From NCBI GenBank assembly GCA_965153285.1, contig OZ229112.1: 64,000 nucleotides of DNA. The stretch is one strand, 5' to 3'. Source of the stretch: Podarcis tiliguerta. Its lineage: Eukaryota. Below are positions 11,401 through 24,198 of the stretch, in pieces. The notes beneath the pieces are model-generated. The model did not search any database. It saw only the letters and a program-made list of their open reading frames with translations, and had not been told where the DNA came from. Numbering within the stretch: the stretch's first letter is position 1; every line of letters starts with the position of its first letter. The position numbers and the translations under genes were made by a program.

Positions 11401-14400
11401 GCCAGAGTCAATTCAACAACCTGATATGTGATCAAAATGTGCTCATGGTTTGGAAAAAATGTTTAATTGATCTGCCTAAGTTCAATCTGAGCCTTGACCC
11501 TGCTAAGATTTCAAATGCCCTCAGTGATTCTGGATGAGTGCTATTGCAACATACATTTTTGCTTACTTCAGAAATTTTTTAGGAAGGAGATAAACAAAGA
11601 TATCTACTATATGCCTGTGTCATCTTTGAACATGCATGTAATAGATTTCATCAGCAGTTACTAAAAAATCATGAAACAAGTTAGATCTACAAGGGGGGAA
11701 ATAATTTCTTGTCGTAAACAAAAATAGAGAAGTTACAAGGTCGGACTTCTGGAAAGCAACATAAAATTATTTTATTTTCTTGTACTAGACTGAGGGTTGG
11801 AAACTGGCTGTGGAGTTTTATTTAAAATAGAATGAATTATTGTAACATAGTACATTTTTCTGGGTTGTTTGCATTATCTTGATTATGATTGCTGGTTAAA
11901 GCCATTGTTTGTCTGTTCTTTTTTAGGGTCAATGGCTGAAACAAATAAACCACAACAAGCACTACTACCAGTGCATGTACTATATTTTTACAGGACACAC
12001 CATGGATTAATAAATATGGAAGTGAAAACCTCAAAAATGCATAAACCAAAAATAAAAAAAGAAATAAAGCAAGCTCTGATACATGGTTCAATTATTTTAA
12101 AAATTCAATATTTTGGAATGCAGAACACAATAAAAATACTATGACTACTCCATACAAAAGACTGCTAGGATAAATGCTTTTGCACTGAACAGATTTCCAC
12201 CGTATGAAATAACGAATGGCTGAATTATCTGAACAAAAAAACCCCTCTGTGAATCTTCCTTTAAACTGGTTATTCCTTTGCAATACATAAATCTTCTTAG
12301 GCAGGGCACTCTGCCATCTGTTTGTTGTTGGTTATTTTTCCAGCTCTGGGGGCCAGAGTAAAAGGGGCAAAAAATTACTGCTGCTAAACAGCAAGCCAGG
12401 ATTTATAGTGCAGTTTCAATGCTCAAAAGTAATTTTATTTCATCCAGGCAGACAAAACACATTACTACATAACCCAAACACAGTATTACCTGGGACAGCT
12501 CTGGTCGGGGGAGGGGGGGAGCAAGCTATTATCTAATGGCCTGTTCAATAGATTTTTTTCCTTTTCAACTGAAGTAAAAGTGTGCTGCATGGGCAAACAA
12601 ACAACCTCCTGCCTAACACTAAGGGAAGCAATTTTATTTTATATTAAAAAAAAAAAATCTCCCTGATTAACAATCTGTATTCTTACCCTTGCTGAAGAGA
12701 CAGCACAAAACCATTATAAATAAGACATGTGGGAATACCTCTGCTAAACTGTTGTCTAGAGAGTCGAAAAACAGGTATAATGAGACTCTAGGACAACAAT
12801 GTGCATTTTCAGCTGTCAGAAAAAGAATTAAACGGGACCAATGTTTGGCAATCAAAAACTTTAAAATGTTTAAGAGAGCTGGGTGGCTGGTTGTGTTGTG
12901 GAGCAGAATCATAGAAGCTGTACATGTTTTCAATACGTCTATGTGGGGTGGGGGAAACCCTCTGAGTTTTATTACGAGGCAGTTAATTTCACAGTCGACA
13001 TAAACATGCTGCTTAAGCAACAGGCAAATCATCTGAAAGACAGAATGGGGGTGGGAAGGCAGGGGGGAGAGATAATAATATCTACCAGCATGTAACACCT
13101 TCATAAAAGTTTGGAGGAATCACTATAAACAGTAAAGACAGAATCAGCTGGTTCTCACATTATTCTTTTAATGAGGAAATGATTGTATTCAAGTGCTCCC
13201 CTGTCTGTTTTGAAACTTAAGAGAAGACTATAGGCTTCTTTCCTCCAGCAGCCATGTAGAGGCAGCAGCAGGAAAGGATTGCCCACTAGCCTTACTTTGG
13301 GCTCCTGGAGAGGAGAGAGGAACCAAAACTGTTGCAAGAAGCAGGAGCAGCAACCGATTTGTTTCGTTCTAAAAGGTAACTGAACTCTGTTTTCGCTGGC
13401 AGTGGTGTCCTGAGCAGATAAGCACAAGAAGTCATTGCTAGATTTGCCTTAAAAAGAAAAAGAAATCTAAAGGTGTTGCTGCAGAAAGCAGGTTAGTAAC
13501 AGTGGTTCCTCTCTCCAATAATCATGACATAATGTTAAGAAGTCATCTGCAACCCAGCAATTAAACCCAATTACTCTCTCTGTCTTGCATACACATACTT
13601 TTTTGCCATCCATCACAGCAATACATGGTTGGATAGCCTTGCCCTCTATGGCTGTATCGTACTAAGTCACACCCTGAGTAGTCCCACTGGAATCAATGGT
13701 CTTGTTAGTAATGACTAACTAAAGTCCATTGATTTCAGTGGGCTTATTTGGAGTATGACTTAAATGTAATTAAAGGAAATCTAGTTACTATGCAATTGCA
13801 CACTACAACATATTAATGAATGTAATAGTTGGGGATGGGAATGAGAAAAGAAATAATGTACTGCTAGGGAGAATGGTTTGAGTCCACATCAAATGCAAAT
13901 GAGCACTTGAACAATCCCATCAACAAACAGATCCCTGGCATGGTATTCCTGCAAAGAAATATAAATGGAAAAAGACCCTTTGTTAATTTTATTTGTTAAG
14001 TTCATTTTTTTGTCTATTTCAGTGAGTGAACATAATTACTGGGACTTCCAGAGAGTTATACTTTATTCTAAACACAGTGAGTGACTTTTGGTACCTTGTT
14101 GGTCAGGTTCCTAACCTAAGATGATGTCAGTTATGTTGCTTAATTACAGCTGCACCAGCCTCAGAAAACATTTTAAACAAAACAGTCTTCTTTCAGACCT
14201 GTCAGTTTTCAAACACACCATGTTCACATTTTCAAGAAAAAATAGAAGACCACCTAAGGGTGTAACATATGCAGGATTTGATACAATAACAGGAAACTCC
14301 TGTTTTAAGGAACACAGAAACAGCTGCCCAGGAGAAACCCTTTGCAACATCCAGTACAATCTAATGTACTCAGAGGTAAGTCCCACCGGATTCAATGGGG

Positions 14401-14492
14401 CTTACTCCCAGGTAAGTGGATATGGAATAGCAGCCTTAAGGGTGTCTACCTTGGGAAAAAACAGCCGTTCCTGAAAAGTTACCAACCATTAC

Positions 14493-14638
14493 CTGTGGAA
14501 CTGTTCACCATGTTAGGTGCCATGCTGTAAGGAGGAGCTTGAGGGTTCATCAGGCTTGAGTTGTTGTTCATTGGCTGGGTGTAGGGAGAGCTGGATCCCA
14601 TAATGCCGCTCTGATTGATGACAGGAAAACTGCCTTGC
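14493..14638 (-). CDS. ARID1B: ARID1B coding exon (approx. exon 9), 146 nt, phase 2-1
   Basis: ctcttcactcag|G CAA GGC AGT...TCC ACA G|gtaatg. It encodes [48 protein letters not shown], matching human [31 protein letters not shown]. Confidence 0.97.
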
Positions 14639-15718
14639 CTGAGTGAAGAGAAAGCACACACACGTGCACAAGCTCTTATTATGTTTCTTACTGCACAGGA
14701 CACTTTGGTTAGTCACAGAATTCATACATTAGCATTCACAAACACCTAAGGAAGAGGCAGCCAGTTAGTCTTTGCCTGCATGAAGAGGGGACCGATTTGT
14801 TGGGAACTTATTACTGAATTAGTAATTAACATTTTGGGGCTCGTTCTACAATCCAAGCTACAATCAAGTACCATGCAGATCTTTAAATGGAAAATACATG
14901 TTAATTTAAAATGGACACAGCTTAATATTATATGAGGTTCAAGTTGTTGTGTGGCTGACATGTAGAAAGTGATGGAAGCACAGGAAAGAGAGAGAGAAGT
15001 GCTTGCCATTGGTATACGTAGAAGAAGACGAAGAAGCCAGGGCTAGATAGCTCTTAAAAAGAAAAGTTCTTTTGATTCCACTTTGCCTACCATACTACAA
15101 AAGCAAGCCATGAAGACAATGAAACAAAAATTAAAAAGCAAAGGAAAGAGATGCAGTTACACAAATTGAGTGAAGCTATAACACATTAATACAAAATTGT
15201 TTTAATGGAGTCTTTGATGAAATCACAGAAATACCGCTCCTTGCTCTTCTACCCAATGCTTGCGTGGTATGCATCTGCCAATAACCCCACCCCACCCCAA
15301 GCAGGATAGGGAGAAGAAGAACAGACAATCTGCCCAGATGCTGTGCCACCTGCCTATCTTCTACTTGGATCATGTGGAGATAGAAGGGCCCTCTGAGGGG
15401 ACAGGGTTGAGCTGGGTAGGGGATATGTGGTTCAGTCAATTAAGGGCTGCTCAATTTTCTGGTCCTTCCTTCAGCTGGAGGTGTGTTGGCTGTCCTATCA
15501 GCCAGATGTCCGGTCTTCAGATGCTGCTTTGAAATGCAAGGTCAGTTTACAATAAGATCTCCCTCATTCACTACTGGCTGACCTTGCCTATATAACCAGG
15601 GTCTGAATGGGGGCAAGCAGAGAGTTAGCCGTGCCCACCTGGCTAGTTGTTTTAGCAACAGGTAAGATTTAGAAGGGGAAAGGGGAAGAGGAACTTCTGT
15701 GTAGTCAACAGGAAGTCA

Positions 15719-15970
15719 GTAGTAGAAGAAGAGGAGTTTGGATTTGATATCCCGCTTTATCACTACCCGAAGGTGTCTCAAAGCGGCTCACAATCTCCTT
15801 TCCCTTCCTCCCCCACAACAAACACTCTGTGAGGTGAGTGGGGCTGAGAGACTTCAAAGAAGTGTGACTAGCCCAAGGTCACCCAGCAGCTGCGTGTGGA
15901 GGAGCGGAGACGCGAACCCGGTTCACCAAATTACGAGTCCACCGCTCTTAACCACTACATCACACTGGCT
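15719..15970 (-). mobile_element. tRNA-derived SINE (Squam3-like)
   Basis: Minus strand starts agccagtgtgatgtagtggttaagagcgg...ccgggttcgcgtctcc (A/B boxes) and ends in a short (CTT/CTA) tail. Nearly identical to the copy at ~53795-54096. Confidence 0.85.
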
Positions 15971-15999
15971 CTCTTTGTCCTGTTTTCCTATGCAACTAA

Positions 16000-17460
16000 C
16001 TGCAAATCTAGAATGTTTGAATCTTGTGCTGGGTGAATGGAACAGATTAGGGATTCTGTGAGCGTACCACATATCCCACTGCCTAGCAGCCTTCCTGTGT
16101 GAGCTGACAGAGGTGGTACTGAATGTGCTGGTGAGGCCTTCCAGGCTGTTGGTCCTGGAGGTAATAAATGTTCACACCAAGGTCATGAGATCTAGGGTGG
16201 GTCAAGACTTTATTACCATCATGGGCTGTCGCAAAATGTGATTAGACCAACAGTTAAGAGGATGTTCTGAGAGTGGGGAATCTTACATCTGTTTCTTTGT
16301 CATGCTCAGACCTCCTGAGGATGACAGTGACTTTCCCCCTCTGCAAGAATGAAAACAATAAGGGTGGTCCAGGCCTGGGGCTTGATGAATCCTTATGGAT
16401 TCCAGAGGACTTTGGGGGATTTCCCAGCTGATATGAATAATGCTCCTATGGAATGAAGAGATGCCCCGAATGGTTGACATGATCCCTCCCAAATGTCCTC
16501 CCTCACTTAGAAAAGCTTGAGTAGCTTCATGGTATACCCTGGAGCTGAGGATGATGAAGAAAGCTGAGAGATTACTTGAGCACAAGCTGACATATGAAAC
16601 TGATCAATAGTATGTGCTCATTCTCAATGGTACTCTGTGGCAGCAAAGATGAACACATGTTTTCCCACTGCCTCCATTACATACTTTCACTTCTGCTTAG
16701 CAAAGCTTCTCTGGGTGGTCTATAACATTCTAGCCCTAATAAGATTTTGGAATCACCAATTGCCTCCTGCATTTTGTTTGCAAAGCACGATAAATTTGCT
16801 TGCATCCACTATGAGCTGGACTCCAGAGTTTTGGTAGGTCAACTTAAGGTGTCCAACGTGCTATCTGGTCCAGTATTGTTGGATTAGTTCCAATTGATGC
16901 AGCTTGAGGATGTGAACAAGATGTTTGAGCAGATCTGTGAAACCACTTGCATGTTTGATCCTTGCCTTTCCTAGCTTATGAAATCTTGTATGGGCAGGAT
17001 GACTGATTGGGCCAAGGTAATTAATGCCTTATTATGAGAAGAAGTGGTCCCAGGCTGCCTAAAAAAGGTTGTGGTGCAGACACTTCTGAAAAATCCTTAT
17101 TTGCACCTGGAAAATCTAAATAATCATAAACCAACCGCAAAAGCCCCCTTCCTGGGCAAGAGCTCCAGGCCCAGGCTCTTTTGGGTTAGGATGATTCTCT
17201 GGTCCATTTCAGTTGAGGTTTAGGCCTGGATTTGGCACTGAGACTGCCTTGGATCACCCTGATCACCTTTGTTAGGAGAGAGACAGTGGGTGGGTGATGT
17301 TGTCTATTTCCCTTTTCAGTATCCTCAACCATTGAATCCTTTTTAAATTGGGGAAGCTTTGCAGTGGTTCTGCTCCTATCTGGATAGCCAAATTCAGAAC
17401 ATTATGCAGGAGATGAATAGTTTACAATGTGGTTCCACAGGATTCCAATATATCCCTCTG
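16000..17460 (+). mobile_element. Decayed L2 LINE (endonuclease and RT fragments)
   Basis: The start translates LECLNLVLGEWNRLGIL...ELTEVVLNVLVRPSRLLVLEVINVH (L2 APE endonuclease-like). 16950-17160 translates FDPCLS*LMKS...INALL*EEVVPGCLKKVVVQTLLKNP...APFLGK, the classic L2 pre-RT motifs, with many stops. Confidence 0.8.
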
Positions 17461-18276
17461 GGGTATAGGACTGCATGTATGATTGAGAAAATAAATATGC
17501 AATTTTTCTTTCTACTCTGTAAATGCAGTCAACATGTGCAACATGATTCCCGTCGCCCCCCAAATACTTGTACCAATGTGAACTTCGCAACTGAACATTC
17601 AGAGATAAACAGGAAACTATGTTTTTTATTGTTTTTAATGTTGGAGTAGGTAAAAATGTGTTCTAGTTAACACTAGGTTAAATTTGTTCTTGATACCCTG
17701 GGAACTTCCCAAGATGTAAAGAACATGTGGCATAAGCAAAGAGAATTCTTTCCAAGTCAGTTTTGTTCTTTGCTCTGTGGAAGGCAAACTTTCCTCATTT
17801 TCTGTAAAGAGGCAAAGGATTTCTTTTGATATGAAGGAGACAACTGACATACAATGCCATTCCCCTGACGAAGCTTGTGATGACTTGTAGGGAAAAATAT
17901 TAAAAATGCACAGTTGTGCAATTCTCCAAAGGATAATGAGAAAGGGAGGGAAAAAAGAAAAGGACCATTTGGCATAACTTTGAAGACTGTCGTGAAATCA
18001 AGCTTTTCTTATGTAAATATTGTATCTTTTAAATTGTCCTAAAAACACAGGCAAAACTGTTATGCAGCATGAGTCTAGGTTGACACAATCTCCTTGCCCT
18101 GTAACAAGAGGCCTGTTCTGCATTAACAAATGCTATATAGTTATATGCTAGAAATAAATTGTGTGGTAAAGGCAAACCTTACATACAAAAACACAAACAG
18201 AAAACACATTACAGTATCTGAAAATGCTAGTTACCAAAGGTGAGTGATCCTCATGTAAACTCAGATCTGGTTAACT

Positions 18277-18413
18277 CAGGATTTCCTCAACCTCGGCCCT
18301 CCAGATGTTTTGAGACTACAATTCCCATCATCCCTGACCACTGGTCCTACTAGCTAGGGATCATGGGAGTTGTAAGCCAAAAACATCTGGAGGGCCGAGG
18401 CTGAGGAAGCCTG
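18277..18413. mobile_element. Palindromic hAT MITE
   Basis: Near-complete palindrome (cctcggccctccagatgttt...aaacatctggagggccgagg) with CAGG...CCTG ends and an 8-bp TSD ggttaact/agttaact. Confidence 0.88.
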
Positions 18414-19989
18414 AGTTAACTCAATGTAGCTCTTTAGAAATAACACTATAGTTTGCAATCATGGTTTGTAAGCAGGAGCAACACACAATTTGACTGTTTG
18501 GATAAAATGGCAAGCTATGATTTGCTGAAAACCAGGTTGGGAACCTACCAATAGCAGCATGTGACATTATTGTTACATTTGTACAGCCCTTATGCAAATA
18601 GCTTGTCGGGTATATAAAGCTTTGCATGGATTAATATGAACTTCTTAGAAAGCTCCATGATAGCAGAAAAGCCTTTTAAAGAGAAATACACAGGCATTAT
18701 CTTATTCCCAGAGCTGGCCTGGCCTGTTAGGCAGGGTGAGGCCACTGCCTCAGGTGGCAGAAGTCCCCCAAGTTTCATGCCTGCAGGTATACTGCTTGCC
18801 CCATCGTCTTGGCACTGCTTCTTCACCAGCAGTAGATGTGGTAGCGTGTGCAGAAGCAGCAGCAGCGGCAGTACTTCCTGTTTCACCTTGAGTGGTGAAA
18901 TGGGACGTGCTGCCCCTGCTTACTCCAGTATGAATATACTGATACTATTGATACGTTATGTGAATATCTCTCCCCCCAGACAGCTTCTTTAACAATGGGG
19001 CGCCATGTAAGGCAGAAAAGTTTATTCATTTGGTGATCCTAATTTTGTATTCCAGCTAAAAGACTGAAACTGCCTGTCAAAGAAACAGGATCTGGAGGTA
19101 GGAGATCTATATAAAAAGACAATATTTCACAGCCACATTTAAAGAAAGAAATAGAGAAGCACAGCTTTACTCAATGTGTAATAATATTATGAAACTACAA
19201 TTCTGAAATAGACCATCATAAAGGCAATTTTATCTTCTGTACTCTATTTGGAGGGTTCACCAGTTCAAACCAAGAAGGCAGACGTACACACAGAAAGAAT
19301 ATTTGAAAAATACAACCTAAATTACAGTGTATCACAAGCAGAAAATATGGGACATGTTATTGACAGCAATACTACTGATTTGTACAAGGCTAGAACAATT
19401 TTAACACAACCTACTTACACAATTTGGGTACTGCATTAACAGATAAGAGAAATCTGAAGTGAAAGCTCCCAAAGTCCTCCTTGCAGCTGTGCCAGAAGAA
19501 AGGGGAGACTGCACAACCCTGAGGCTCACTGTGGCTTGTTCTTGTCACACTAAACTATGGTTTAGTGTGACATCTGACTGCACACAGTATCTCCCAACCC
19601 ATGTCCTGGTAAACTGCCAGCTGGATAACTACAATACAGTATATTAAAAGTAGGGCTGCCTCTTAAAAGGTTCAGGCGCTTCAATCGGTTACAGATTACT
19701 GAACTTTGATTAGCATAGCTTATTCACTTCATATCTCTACCAGTGCTAAATTCCCCCCACTAACTGCTTTTCTGCTTCCAAGCCCAATTCAAAAGTGCAA
19801 GTACTGATTTTCAAAGTACAGAGGAAGAGTCCCTTGCCATACATCAGTCATTTAACACAGAGGGAAATAAAATTATTTTTAATTTTTTAAAGGATAGATG
19901 TCTAAATTTTACATTTTGGGGCATAGATTAAAAGCATGAATGTGGTATGTGCTGAACACACAGTAATCAAATGTCCTTTTTGATAGTGA

Positions 19990-20240
19990 ATGGTCCCAGA
20001 AAATGGAGTGAGCTTAATGGCTTAGCTGAACATGGCCACACTTCTCCCTGAGCCAACTCCAACCACATTGGTCACCCATACAATTTAGAAGCTGTAAAAG
20101 CAGACTCTGTCCCAGAGGAAATCCAGGACCTACTCTCCCAACTATATTCACATTATGGTTAGGTTCCTGTGAGTATAGAACAGTCTTCACCAACCTGGAC
20201 TTCCAGATATTTTGGATGATGACTTGCGAGGGCAAAGTCT
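19990..20240 (-). mobile_element. Possible decayed LINE 3' end (Vingi/RTE-like)
   Basis: Minus-strand translation GPGFPLG...LLNC...EKCGHVQLSH loosely resembles the C-terminal CCHC region of these LINEs. Weak. Confidence 0.3.
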
Positions 20241-20756
20241 TTTGGATGGCACCAGGTTGGCAAAGTTTACTATAGAACAAAGCCAATCTCTTATCTGGAA
20301 GTTCCTAGGTAGCTGTATAGGACAGTGCTTTGAAGAGGAATATTACTCTTGTTGTAGCAGCAACGGGTATTACCTTGATGTGCAATGCTCTGGTGCTAGC
20401 AAAGATGGAGGCAAAAGGAGGAACAGGGGCCCCATTACAACTATGAAAGAAAGACTAGGTCACAGAGGAAGAGATTCTAGTGGTACAGGGACATGTCTGA
20501 TTATTCTGATAAGATAAAATTGAGAGTCTGACATGCCAGATATGGCTACATGCCAGATGTGCGTGGATGATGGCAAAATGGGTAGCAGAGCTCAAAGATG
20601 GGCATGGAAGTGACAAGAATCCTAGTTGAGAGTGCCTGGCAGCAGGTGAGAGTATGAAGGAGACCCAATAGCTGAGGAAAGATCACCAATTCCCATAGGC
20701 AAAATACAGGAGGAAGTGGTAGAAGAGCTTTTTCCATGTTAGTATTTAGTCAAATA

Positions 20757-21116
20757 GGGACGCGGGTGGCGCTGTGGGTTAAAGCCTCAGCACCTAGGAC
20801 TTGCCGATTGAAAGGTCGGTGGTTCAAATCCCCGCGGCAGGGTGCGCTCCCGTCGTTCGGTCCCAGCGCCTGCCAACCTAGCAGTTCGAAAGCACCCTCG
20901 GGTGCAAGTAGATAAATAGGGACCGCTTACTAGCGGGAAGGTAAACGGCGTTCCGTGTGCTGCGCTGGCTCGCCAGATGCAGCTTGTCACGCTGGCCACG
21001 TGACCCGGAAGTGTCTTCGGACAGCACTGGCTCCCGGCCTTTAGAGTGAGATGAGCGCACAACCCTAGAGTCTGGCAAGACTGGCCCGTATGGGCAGGGG
21101 TACCTTTACCTTTACC
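20757..21116 (+). mobile_element. Full-length Sauria (Squam1-type) SINE with 12-bp TSD
   Basis: tRNA-like head gggacgcgggtggcgctgtgggttaaa with B-box-like ggttcaaatccc, a 3' (ACCTTT)n tail, and a perfect TSD tatttagtcaaa at 20743-20754 and 21117-21128. Confidence 0.93.
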
Positions 21117-21348
21117 TATTTAGTCAAAAGAGTTAGAATACTTAAGGCCTTCTTAAGACCAGAAATATCAAGGCATGAGGCACCCACAATCCTGCTCTCA
21201 ACATATCTACATCATCTGACAATGTAAAATTCCAAATCTAACCTGCCCAACAGTTTGGATATAAATTTTGGTACTAATGTATTTTTTGCATGCCTATTAT
21301 ATATAAACTGCACATACCACACTCTGCTTACAATATAGTAGAAGGACC

Positions 21349-21480
21349 CAGGGCTTTTTTTCAGCTGGAACTCAGCAGAACTCCATTCCGGCACCTCTCA
21401 GGTGGGCGCCACTGCCATTATAAGAGAACAAGGGAGGCATTCGTGGTTCTGGCACCTCTTTTTCTAGAAAAATAGCACTG
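21349..21480. mobile_element. hAT MITE with perfect 8-bp TSD
   Basis: Ends CAGGGCTTTTTT / AAAAATAGCACTG and TSD gaaggacc at 21341-21348 and 21481-21488. Confidence 0.85.
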
Positions 21481-22149
21481 GAAGGACCTTTACATGAAAT
21501 GGTAAGAGACCTACAATGTGTTTTATGCAAAAATCTGATTTCGGATACAATAGAGCTCTAGAGGACTAAAGTGTCCTATGGTATAGCCTGTGACAGGCAG
21601 CTTCCAGGACTGAGGGCATGAAGGAATTTTATCTTTTCTTTCTGACTCACTGGTACTCTTGCTTTGAGTAGAATGATAACTGAATGTGACAAACTGTGCT
21701 ACATCCATTCTACAGTATGAAGTAGAGTCCATTAAGAAAGAAGCTGAGATCGCCAGACTCATTTTGATTAACCTCCAGGCCACTAAACACCAATAAATAT
21801 GTTGCACAGCAAGTGCTAAATATATTTATATATGCTTAAGGTCATAGCATTATTTGCTGGTTACTGGAGTTAAGGGGAGAAAGGGAGGAATGTTTCTGTC
21901 ACTGCTGTTTCAACTGAAGGGCTATTTGCTCCAATCTTTCTGAAGAGCTTGAAAAGAACTTGATAACATGCCTTTAGTCTCTCCTCTGCACCCTAAACTC
22001 CATTGGTATGTGAAGTTAAATTAATATTAGTTGTTGAGATTTTAAAAACCAGTTTCTAAACCAGTTGTGGCATTTACAGATGAAAGCCTAACCATTCACC
22101 TGGGAAACAAATTCACTTATAATACTTGAAAGATGTTAACACTGAGGCC

Positions 22150-22571
22150 TATTGAATCCTGATTCTGTAGCATTAGCTACCCATCACAATTTAGTGTCAT
22201 CTGCAAATCATCTTATCATCCCCTCAAGTCCTTCACACAAGTAATTTATAAAGACATTTAACAACGGGTCCAGGACAGAACCTTGCAACACCCCACTTGC
22301 CACTTTCCCCCGGGGTGACGAGGAACCATTAGTGAGCACTCTTTTGAGTTAGGTCAGTCAACCAGCTACCAATCCACCTAACAGTTACCTCATCCTGCCC
22401 ACATTTGACCAGCTTCTCCTCAAGAACACCATGGGGGACTCTATCAAAACCCTTAGTGAAATCAAGGTACGTTACTCCTGGGTACATTCCCCTGCTCCTC
22501 CAACTTTGTAACTCTATAAAAACAACAACAACAAGATTTGTCTGGCATGACTTGTTTATGAGAAACCCCAT
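22150..22571 (-). mobile_element. CR1 LINE reverse-transcriptase fragment
   Basis: GFLINKSCQTNL...YLDFTKGFDRVPHGVLEEKLVKCGQDEVTVRWIGSWL (CR1 RT), with FADDTK (tttgcagatgacactaaa) near 22190-22207. Confidence 0.92.
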
Positions 22572-24011
22572 TTCCAGTCACCAGTGCCATCCTAGGGTCT
22601 TTGCCAAGCACACCCCCAGCACTGCATTACAAGTCAACAGTCCCCTTTGACAGTGTGGGGGTTGCGCCCACCCAGCTCCTATTCACACAGCTGAGGTAAT
22701 ACGAGAAGACCTAGCTGACATGCAAAGAAGCTATGCTTCAGCTTTCCCCCAAACACTAGTGCTGCCCTCTCTTGGAAACTGGGTTAACCTGAGAATGCGG
22801 AGTAGCTCCAGCATTGTCCAGGACTCCTTGCATTATTCGAGTGGTGCAAGGAGGAAATGTGCTAAAGTACCGCAATCCTAGGATGACATAAGATAGGGGC
22901 CTACAGTACACAGAGTTCTGAAGATGCTACTGCCCTGCACATGCCTATTGCCACACGTGATACTGCTGCCAGGAAATCAGCATGACCTACATCCTGGGAC
23001 AGCTATAACAGTCGGACCACAGTTAATTCACATCAAGCAGCTAAGCTACTCAGAAGGTCAAAAAAAAATAACTAAAAAACATACTTCTTGAAAGGAAGTA
23101 CAGTATCAGAGGCTAACCTTTTGGTGCCTGCATGTGTGCCTTTCATTATTCTCTTTAGCCTATCAGGATAGTATTTGCTCCGTCTCTTTCTTGTCCTACT
23201 GCTTGAAATGTTTAGCTTGTGCCAGCTTCACCAAGGAATTGGATTGTAGCATCTCAAGAGGGTAATTTGTGTTAACATTTTAAGCAGGGGTGTTTTTGAA
23301 AAACATTGACACACTGCAAGGGCGCCCCACTTGATTACAAACCATGAAAATGACTGTTAGGATGCACTCACAAATCAGTGTACTGACCAAATTGCCCTGT
23401 GCTTTATCTGCGCCAGGTCCGCCACATGACAATATTTCCTCTCTCTTTTAAATGTCAAAGGATGATTTGAAGGGTTGTTATTTAAACACACTGACCTGCA
23501 CAATAACCAGAAGTACTTTATTTAAATCTTTCTTGAGCTGGGTCTCGCCATAAAAAGCTTATAATCTGTCATACCCTGACATCAAATGGGCTATTATAAT
23601 GAGAGCAATTCAGGGGGTGAGATCTGCAAACATATTTTCCTCCTGGGATTCTCTTACGCTCTCTCGCACGTATAATTTTGCTATGGCTTTACTTGCTTGC
23701 CACAACATGAAGCTTCCGAGGAAGATATTGCTATCAAAGAAAGCAGTGGAGTGCAAGAGTTTATGACTGTGTGCAAGAGAGAGAGAGAAGGGAGAAGGAG
23801 AAGAGGACGAACTCTCACTCTGTTAACTATAATGCTGTCAGAAAGTAAATATGAATTGTAAGACCTGATTTTCTTAAGAACAGAATGCTCGTTTAAAAGA
23901 TACCAGAACAGGCATGCAAGCAAGCAATGAAGCCAGAGCTACATGCGCCCTCTAAAGCGCTCATGAAGCCTCTGCATGGGTGTGTAGATTTCCTCATGAT
24001 ACAGATGTATA

Positions 24012-24198
24012 TGCAGCTGCCTCATGGAGACTCAGGCCGCTGGGCCATCTATCAAATGAATACTGTCTAACACAGCAGTTCTTTTGGGCTGCATGCAGTT
24101 ATTTTCTTATACCTGCTACCTGAGATGCTTTAACTGAAGGAGCTGGGGGCTGAACCTGGTCTTATGCAGATAAAACATGCACACTTCCATTGAGCTAG
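24012..24198 (-). mobile_element. Degenerate SINE fragment
   Basis: Minus strand starts tagctcaatggaagtg...ccaggttcagccccc (A/B-box-like), and its 3' part resembles the 61915 element. Boundaries are approximate. Confidence 0.45.

Noticed and set aside
15738-16061. Paralogous-looking ORFs 15738..16061 and 53914..54237
   Set aside because: Both are antisense readings of two copies of the same SINE, not a duplicated gene.
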